Assembly: GCA_017651165.1 (NCBI GenBank)
Contig: JAGCDH010000015.1
Coordinates: forward strand, 13,748 to 77,747
DNA: 64,000 nucleotides
Origin: Bacilli bacterium
GTDB lineage: Bacteria; Bacillota_I; Bacilli_A; RFN20; CAG-826
Direction of reading: 5' to 3'
Positions 58,451 to 64,000 of the stretch are shown here, piece by piece (the first letter of the stretch is position 1; the number at the start of each line of letters is the position of its first letter). Under the pieces are notes generated by a model that ran no database searches, had not been told where the DNA came from, and worked only from the letters and a program-made list of their open reading frames with translations. Position numbers and translations under genes: made by a program.

Positions 58451-58474
58451 TCAAAAGGCGAGTATTATCTCGCC
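58451..58474 (-). terminator. intrinsic terminator-like hairpin between the loaP-like gene and the first polysaccharide gene
   Basis: Minus strand GGCGAG-ATAATA-CTCGCC followed by TTTTGA. Confidence 0.55.
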
Positions 58475-58497
58475 GTCTATGAGTTTAAATGTATGTT

Positions 58498-59031
58498 TTA
58501 TTTGTTGATGATGTTTGTAATGATATTGATTCCGATACCGGATGTGACTAGTCGACCGCAGAAAACATGGGCCACTGTCACTTTTCTTTTGTGTAAGTTG
58601 ACTTTGATGATTTGCGTTTCAAGTCCTGCTAAAGGACCATCTAACACTCTAATCATTTCTCCTTCTCTCACTTCGATGTTTGATATTTCAGTGATACGGT
58701 CGTTGTTTCTAGAGTAAAGGATATCGATCATTCTTGATTCGTCTTTATTAAGTGGGACAAAGTTATTCGTGTCTGCTTCTCGTCCGAGGAGTTTGGTGAA
58801 TCCTGGTGTCCAATAAAGCTGTTCAAATAGACCTTTAACATTATCGGTCTCGACAAAGACATAACCAGGGAAGCATCTTTCAATGACTTCTTTTTCGATA
58901 CCTTTGTATTTACGGATACTTTTTCTATGAGGAGCGAACACATCAAAATTAGGATCATCGGGTTTATTTTTTAGGATATCCTCGATGGCCTGTTGTTCTT
59001 TACCAGTTTTGACTTGAATGACGTAATACAT
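58498..59031 (-). CDS. loaP: specialised NusG paralog (LoaP-like processive antiterminator)
   Basis: NGN domain MYYVIQVKTGKEQ...CFPGYVFVETD; KOW GEMIRVLDGPLAGLETQIIKV. 177 aa, first gene of the polysaccharide locus. Confidence 0.8.
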   Translation of the reverse strand: MYYVIQVKTGKEQQAIEDILKNKPDDPNFDVFAPHRKSIRKYKGIEKEVIERCFPGYVFVETDNVKGLFEQLYWTPGFTKLLGREADTNNFVPLNKDESRMIDILYSRNNDRITEISNIEVREGEMIRVLDGPLAGLETQIIKVNLHKRKVTVAHVFCGRLVTSGIGINIITNIINK

Positions 59032-59498
59032 AGCGGTTTTTTAAAGCATGAAAGTTCATAGATATACGCGCGTTATACCTAGAAAAAGTATGACCTCTAC
59101 CCCCTATTGAGGTGCCACAGGCTTCGACTTAGTGAGATAGATTAAGAAGGAGTTAGTTAGATAGCTATTTTACATATACCAATAAGGTATAGACGGCTTC
59201 CTAACTTTAAGCGGTATTATAAACTCATTAGATTAAATAAATCAATGAGGGCCACAAAAAAACTAGAACAATACCTTTAATCTGTATACATTCTAGTATT
59301 TGATAACAGTGACCGATTGACCATCAAAAGAAGATGTCATCAAAACATTTTCGTTTTTTATACTCATTTTTCTAATGATGGTATTCATATTCATTAATCA
59401 GTTAGTTTATAACTATCCGCTTATTCATTATAGCGAATAATAAATATTATACAAATATTTTTTATGCTCTTATAGGTTAATGAATATCGAATTAATGT

Positions 59499-60416
59499 TT
59501 ATAGACTATGCAGTTTTAAGAAAGATAAGAGCTCTTCTAATGATGAACGACAAGCCTCATACGAGCATTGCTCATATAAGAGAGGTTTTGTCAATTTGTT
59601 ATAGTCTTGTTTGAACACTTCTTCATTAACGATGCTGGTTAGAATGGTAGAGAGCACCACTCCTTCTTTAGCGGATAAGCAAATAGGACTGCTCTTGCGG
59701 TATTCTTTCACCTGTTTAAACAAATCACACACTGATTCATCGAGATTTATGACTGTCAAAATCTTTGTGATGTCATAAAGGTGACGAGAATGTTTTTGGC
59801 ATTTGTTTGAAAGATAGTAATCGCAAATCGCAAATGTCTTGTCCACTAGTGTCCTTGCTAAAGACTGGGTTTTGACAATAAATGGCTCTAGTTCATATTT
59901 CATAGTGAGATCATGCCTTCCAGTCTTATCAAAGTATTCGCCAATGAATGATTGAACTTGTTTTTCTTCACAAGGAAATGATGGTGTTTGCGCCGCTAGT
60001 TCCACGATCACTTTCTTTTCAATTTTATTGTCTTCAAAGATTGAGGGATAAGGACACTCAAATCGATTAAAATAACCCGTTCTTTTAAGTCTTTCTGAAT
60101 TCACTAATGCAAAATTAAGGGCCTTGATAGAGCGGGAAATACCTTTGAACTTCTTGCCCTTTAAATTAGAATCAATTTCTACAAAAGGTTCTTCATAGGA
60201 AATATCAATGTCTTCTGAAAAGCGTTTTATAAGGCGATGACATTTGGAAAGTGATGTCCCACCTTTAAACACATATTCTTGGTCTTGATGAAAAATTTCT
60301 TTCAGTAGCAAAACAATCCAATAGTCTTTTTCGACATATTCTCTTAAAATCTTGTTCTCTTTTTCTACTGCTTCGATGGCTGTTTTGAATAACTCTTGGT
60401 CGCTATCTAAACGCAT
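59499..60416 (-). CDS. abiEii: AbiEii/AbiGii-family nucleotidyltransferase toxin (type IV TA)
   Basis: FKGGTSLSKCHRLIKRFSEDIDISY hallmark; overlaps the upstream gene by 14 nt. Confidence 0.8.
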   Translation of the reverse strand: MRLDSDQELFKTAIEAVEKENKILREYVEKDYWIVLLLKEIFHQDQEYVFKGGTSLSKCHRLIKRFSEDIDISYEEPFVEIDSNLKGKKFKGISRSIKALNFALVNSERLKRTGYFNRFECPYPSIFEDNKIEKKVIVELAAQTPSFPCEEKQVQSFIGEYFDKTGRHDLTMKYELEPFIVKTQSLARTLVDKTFAICDYYLSNKCQKHSRHLYDITKILTVINLDESVCDLFKQVKEYRKSSPICLSAKEGVVLSTILTSIVNEEVFKQDYNKLTKPLLYEQCSYEACRSSLEELLSFLKLHSL

Positions 60417-61035
60417 TAATTAATCCTCCTTCGACAATGAGCTTCAGCGTACGTGTGCTGTACAAGCCAATGTAGTTTTCGAAGTCGGACTTTACTAAAT
60501 TCTGTTGAATGTACTTAAAAAGAAGGTCGTGGTGTTTTTTGACGTCATCAGCATCAAGCAAATAAAAGGCATCAAAAAATTGTAATGCTTTGTAATTAAA
60601 CCTATCGATTTTAATTTTCCCTTTTCTTAGCAAAGCTTTAAAACCACTACAGGCGAAATATCTTTTGCAGCTTGTGTTATTAGTAGTAATCTCTAACACC
60701 GCTGGAACCTGTTGTGATAATCCGATTTTGTTCAAAAATGTTTGGCCAGTATAGTAGCCGTAGGTATTCAAATCAAGGCCAGGGAAACCATAATCATCTC
60801 TGATAAATTTCTTTTCCACTATTTTTTCAAACGAAAGCACACTTGGAGTTCCAAGAAGTGTCTCTTCAGAAAGATAGTAGATGCCTTTGGACTCTCTAAC
60901 TAGTTGCCCTTTTTCGACAGCACGAGAAAGTTCTTTTCTAACAGCAGCTTTGCTCTTTCCTCCTATGCGAATGTCTTTTAGGAAGATGGGTACTGAATAA
61001 CCATAGATTTCTTTTAAGTAATCAACAACTTTCAT
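60403..61035 (-). CDS. abiEi: AbiEi-like antitoxin / transcriptional regulator (wHTH)
   Basis: N-terminal wHTH-like AAVRKELSRAVEKGQLVRESKGIYYL, plus its position and overlap with abiEii. Confidence 0.65.
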   Translation of the reverse strand: MKVVDYLKEIYGYSVPIFLKDIRIGGKSKAAVRKELSRAVEKGQLVRESKGIYYLSEETLLGTPSVLSFEKIVEKKFIRDDYGFPGLDLNTYGYYTGQTFLNKIGLSQQVPAVLEITTNNTSCKRYFACSGFKALLRKGKIKIDRFNYKALQFFDAFYLLDADDVKKHHDLLFKYIQQNLVKSDFENYIGLYSTRTLKLIVEGGLINAFR

Positions 61036-61072
61036 GTCTATATTTTAAATCATCTAAACAAAAATGTAAATA

Positions 61073-61128
61073 TTGTGACATTTTAGTTTTATAGAATAAT
61101 ATTAATATTATCTATAATTTTGTGACAT
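61073..61128. promoter_or_regulatory. two copies of TTGTGACAT (61073-61081, 61120-61128) upstream of abiEi; candidate autoregulatory operators
   Basis: A 9-nt direct repeat spaced 47 bp apart, read directly. It lies 38-93 nt upstream of the abiEi start. Confidence 0.3.
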
Positions 61129-61240
61129 ATATCGTTAATAAAAAACCGCTGGTTATTTTCCCAATGGTTCCTATTTGTTTTGAGTTATTTCCCAAAGACC
61201 ACTAAATTAATACATTAATGGATCAACTGATGCTGGTCTT

Positions 61241-61432
61241 TTAAGTTCTTTCTTCCTTGTGTTTGTTTTTGTAATAGGCATCTATAATTTCTTCTAGTTC
61301 CGTAAGAGTAATTTCACCTTCAATATATCTTTGTGCTTGGCTCACAAAAAAGGGAGAGCATTTAAGCCCATCGACTGCTTGTAAGCCCATTCCTGTTTCT
61401 ATGATGTGTTTTCTATATAACTTTTCTTCCAT
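61241..61432 (-). CDS. VbhA-like (Fic-antitoxin-type) small protein, no adjacent Fic gene
   Basis: 63 aa. GLQAVDGLKCSPFFVSQAQRYIEGEITLTELEEII resembles the VbhA-domain pattern (..EGl..s......yi.GEit..E). Confidence 0.4.
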   Translation of the reverse strand: MEEKLYRKHIIETGMGLQAVDGLKCSPFFVSQAQRYIEGEITLTELEEIIDAYYKNKHKEERT

Positions 61433-61500
61433 AGGAAGATTATAGCATATTCCACTTTGATATACGACCTTAATAGCGGAATTAATGAATAAAAAAATAG

Positions 61501-61540
61501 CGGTTTCCCACTATTCTTCTATTTTTCCGTATCTGTCTTC
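61501..61540 (-). repeat. duplicated copy of the uppS 3' end (direct repeat partner of 62451-62488)
   Basis: tattcttctattttTccgtatct here versus tattcttctattttCccgtatct at 62460-62482 (22/23 identical), with looser similarity on both sides. It encodes RYGKIEE-stop, like the uppS terminus. Confidence 0.6.
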
Positions 61541-61549
61541 ATGAGAAGT

Positions 61550-62395
61550 TTAGCCAACAACATATTTAGACCAATCAGATGGAAGATCAATATTAAGTTT
61601 TGATGGATAAGTGTAATTAATTGTTATATCGTTAAAAGATTTTTCTTCCAAATCTTCACGACCTGTCCGTCCATAATATTTGGTGAAACGCGAATTCTCG
61701 AAAGTAATCGTGCCATAACCTATATTAACACCTAAACTGTAATCTGGTTTTGAAACCAACTTCATTTCGCTTTTGATTTCTAAACTCTTGCTATTCTTTG
61801 AAGAATAAGTTGTTTCCATGGTGTATTGAAGGCCAGTACCAGAATCCGCAAAAGGTTGAACGGCCATTTGTTCTAAATAATAGAACGGTAAACTGGTATA
61901 TGTGTCTTTAAGTTTTAAATAGGAAAAAGTTTGTCGAAGCTCGTAAGGAGCCCGACCATTAGAATCGTTTTCATAGTCATAAGTGCCGACATAGGCAACC
62001 TTTGTTCGAACCTTTCCATCCCCATCTGTTTCAATATAATACCCCACGTCCTCACCACGAGATTGCGCATAATAGAATTCTTCTTTAGAGACTAGGCCAC
62101 TCTCATCACGGCTTGCCTCTACAGCAAAATAGAAATGACGATCTTCAGTTATTTTTAAAATATATTTTTCTCTCTCCCAACTCTTGGCTTTGTCTTCTTT
62201 CCAATAGTTTTCAGAATAATAATCATATTCCATAATGACATTGGATTTAGACGTATCGACACCAAAGATATTATCTTCGTAAATATGTTTGGCTTTGGCG
62301 CTATCGATTTTGCCACCGCCAAAAGCACCAATTATAGACCCGTTAGTGCATGCAGAAAGCGCAAAAAGAGGTAATAAAAGCAACAGTTTCTTCAT
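61550..62395 (-). CDS. lipoprotein of unknown function
   Basis: Signal peptide with lipobox MKKLLLLLPLFALSAC; GAGGAAAA RBS. Confidence 0.7.
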   Translation of the reverse strand: MKKLLLLLPLFALSACTNGSIIGAFGGGKIDSAKAKHIYEDNIFGVDTSKSNVIMEYDYYSENYWKEDKAKSWEREKYILKITEDRHFYFAVEASRDESGLVSKEEFYYAQSRGEDVGYYIETDGDGKVRTKVAYVGTYDYENDSNGRAPYELRQTFSYLKLKDTYTSLPFYYLEQMAVQPFADSGTGLQYTMETTYSSKNSKSLEIKSEMKLVSKPDYSLGVNIGYGTITFENSRFTKYYGRTGREDLEEKSFNDITINYTYPSKLNIDLPSDWSKYVVG

Positions 62396-62458
62396 AAGTA
62401 TTTTCCTCAGTAATTATCTTCATTGTAAAAGAAAAGGGCTTACCATTCAACGATTGCC

Positions 62459-63166
62459 CTATTCTTCTATTTTCCCGTATCTTCTATCGCGGTTTTGATA
62501 TTGTTTTAAGCATTCTTCAAAGTCTTCTTTATGGAAGTCAGGCCAATAGATCGGAGTGAAGATGAACTCAGAGTAGGCTAGTTGGTAGAGTAGATAGTTT
62601 GATAACCTTTGTTCACCACTAGTTCTGATCATTAAGTCCACTGGTGGGAGATTCTTTGTGTATAAGTGATTGCTGATAGTGTCCATATCAATGCTATCGA
62701 TGTCTAATTTGCCGTCTTTCACTTCTTGAGCTATTTCTTTCGTGGCTTTGACTAGTTCTTGTCTAGAACCATAGTTTAAAGCGATATTGAAAACGTAATT
62801 ATCGTTGTCTTTGGTTTTGTTGATCGCATCCGTGACTGTCTTTTGACTATGCTTTGGGAGTCTTGATATATCACCCATAACTTGCACACGTATCCCGTCT
62901 TTCATGAATGTAACAATGTTATCTTTAAAGAATTTATCGAGATATCTAAATAACAAACTAATCTCTGATTTTGGTCTGTTCCAGTTTTCAGTGGAGAACG
63001 CATAAAGAGTCATCGCGTAGATGTGATTAGCTTTGACCGCATCAAAGATCTCAATGATTCTCTTACAGCCTTCTTCGTGGCCTTTGGTTCTAGAGAGACC
63101 TCTTTGTTTGGCCCAACGACCATTGCCATCCATGATAATCGCGACGTGATTGATTTGATTACTCAT
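62459..63166 (-). CDS. uppS: undecaprenyl-diphosphate synthase (isoprenyl transferase)
   Basis: HVAIIMDGNGRWAK, FSTENWNRP and IRTSGEQRLSN motifs. Confidence 0.95.
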   Translation of the reverse strand: MSNQINHVAIIMDGNGRWAKQRGLSRTKGHEEGCKRIIEIFDAVKANHIYAMTLYAFSTENWNRPKSEISLLFRYLDKFFKDNIVTFMKDGIRVQVMGDISRLPKHSQKTVTDAINKTKDNDNYVFNIALNYGSRQELVKATKEIAQEVKDGKLDIDSIDMDTISNHLYTKNLPPVDLMIRTSGEQRLSNYLLYQLAYSEFIFTPIYWPDFHKEDFEECLKQYQNRDRRYGKIEE

Positions 63167-63231
63167 ATTTCTTAGTCCACTTGTATTGTATGCTTTCTAA
63201 AAGAATATCGCAAATTAAATGTCTTTCTGTA

Positions 63232-63260
63232 TTGACATTGTATTACATTGTCGTTACAAT
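63232..63260 (+). promoter_or_regulatory. sigma-70-type promoter of the relB-PIN operon with embedded repeats
   Basis: TTGACA (63232-63237), a 17-nt spacer, then TACAAT (63255-63260). ACATTGT occurs twice and ATTGT-CGTT-ACAAT forms an inverted repeat in the spacer/-10 region. AGAGGA RBS lies before ATG 63299. Confidence 0.6.
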
Positions 63261-63298
63261 AATAGCGGTAGAAAGAAAACGATTAGAGGAATTAATCT

Positions 63299-63595
63299 AT
63301 GGCAGTCTTACAAGTGAGAGTTGATGACGAATTAAAAAATCAAGCAAGCGCCATTTTCGAACAAATGGGTTTGGATTTATCAACTGCGGTTAGGATGTTT
63401 TTAAAAAGAACAGTCGCAGTTGAAGGTTTCCCTTTCGAAATGATGCTGACTGAATCTGGTTTAAGAATGCACAAGCTTATCACCAGTATTCAAAAGCATT
63501 CAGAAGAAATTGGCAATTCTGAAATGACTCTTGACGAAATCAACGAAGAGATTAGACTAGCCAGAGAGGAACGGAGGAGAAAGGAGGTCAAGTGA
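63299..63595 (+). CDS. relB: RelB/DinJ-family type II antitoxin
   Basis: MAVLQVRVDDELKNQASAIFEQMGLDLSTAVRMFLKRTV is the DinJ/RelB RHH N-terminus. Confidence 0.8.
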   Translation: MAVLQVRVDDELKNQASAIFEQMGLDLSTAVRMFLKRTVAVEGFPFEMMLTESGLRMHKLITSIQKHSEEIGNSEMTLDEINEEIRLAREERRRKEVK

Positions 63596-64000
63596 CCTAT
63601 TATGCAGTGATAGACACAAACGTTATCGTTTCGTCTATGCTTAAAACCGATTCAATTCCTGGATCAATTATTAATTGTGTTAACACAAACACCATCATCC
63701 CTTTGTTAAGTGATGAAATTATTAACGAGTATGTTGATGTTTTAACGCGAAATAAGTTTGACATTGATAACAACAAAGTTTCTCAGTTGATATCACTATT
63801 TTATGAAAAGGGTATCTTTTTAAAGAGAGAACAAACTCTTGAAGATTTTATTGACCAAGACGATATTGTTTTTTATGAAATCGTCATGAGTGCGAGAAAC
63901 ACAATGGATGCTTATCTAGTAACTGGCAATATGAAACACTACCCTATTAGAAACTACATTGTGACTCCTAGGGAAATGATTGAAATTATTGAAAAAGATC
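63592..64000 (+). CDS. PIN-domain toxin (TIGR00305-like), 3' end beyond the window
   Basis: GTG at 63592 overlaps the relB stop (GTGA), with AAGGAGG upstream. My translation VTYYAVIDTNVIVSS...DDIVFYEIV...AYLVTGNMKHYP is open to position 64000. Not in the ORF track. Confidence 0.7.
   Translation, partial: MTYYAVIDTNVIVSSMLKTDSIPGSIINCVNTNTIIPLLSDEIINEYVDVLTRNKFDIDNNKVSQLISLFYEKGIFLKREQTLEDFIDQDDIVFYEIVMSARNTMDAYLVTGNMKHYPIRNYIVTPREMIEIIEKD

Noticed and set aside
1-64000. Scan for CRISPR arrays, tRNA/rRNA genes, IS elements, integrases, reverse transcriptases and prophage structural genes.
   Set aside because: No regularly spaced direct repeats, no cloverleaf-like GC-rich segments in intergenic regions, and no DDE/tyrosine/serine recombinase or RT motifs were recognised in any long ORF. 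This was a visual scan only; tRNAscan-SE, Infernal and ISfinder would be decisive.

Overview
AT-rich, low-GC Bacillota/Mollicutes-like chromosomal segment using the standard genetic code (TGA is used as a stop). Almost every gene lies on the minus strand; only a LysR regulator and a RelB-PIN pair are on the plus strand. There are four blocks. (1) 1-20.9 kb is core metabolism. It starts with a tightly packed pyrG-guaA-type III glutamine synthetase-purB::purA fusion-glmS operon. It continues with aminotransferases, a LysR regulator, an ammonium transporter fused to a P-II domain with a GlnR/TnrA-type box upstream, a HepT/MntA toxin-antitoxin pair, cardiolipin synthase, and serC-serA plus a TIM-barrel gene. 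(2) 20.9-41.3 kb is a dense, visibly more AT-rich defence island. It holds an AAA ATPase + RloB/TOPRIM (AbiL-like) pair with a coupled UDG-family glycosylase, an AbiH-like gene, and a 1523-aa NACHT/STAND NTPase coupled to an HExxH peptidase. It also holds a DUF2971 gene, an FRG gene, a nuclease?-DUF2075-TIR fusion, and a GHKL-ATPase/PD-ExK + nucleotidyltransferase + Abi_2(HEPN) operon. Two paralogous membrane-anchored proteins, a stranded rfbB and a thrice-repeated hairpin/mini-ORF element also sit in this block. (3) 41.4-59.0 kb is a polysaccharide locus headed by a LoaP-like NusG paralog. It carries a GDP-mannose branch and an acylated amino-sugar branch that includes thiolase and 3-hydroxyacyl-CoA dehydrogenase genes. 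(4) 59.5-64 kb holds AbiE, an orphan VbhA-like ORF, a lipoprotein cassette flanked by direct repeats of the uppS 3' end, uppS, and RelB-PIN. I saw no rRNA, tRNA, CRISPR array, transposase or integrase. All functional calls rest on motif and family recognition by eye; no database search was run. The ORF track extends ORFs to the furthest ATG/GTG/TTG, so several starts were re-set to an internal ATG.
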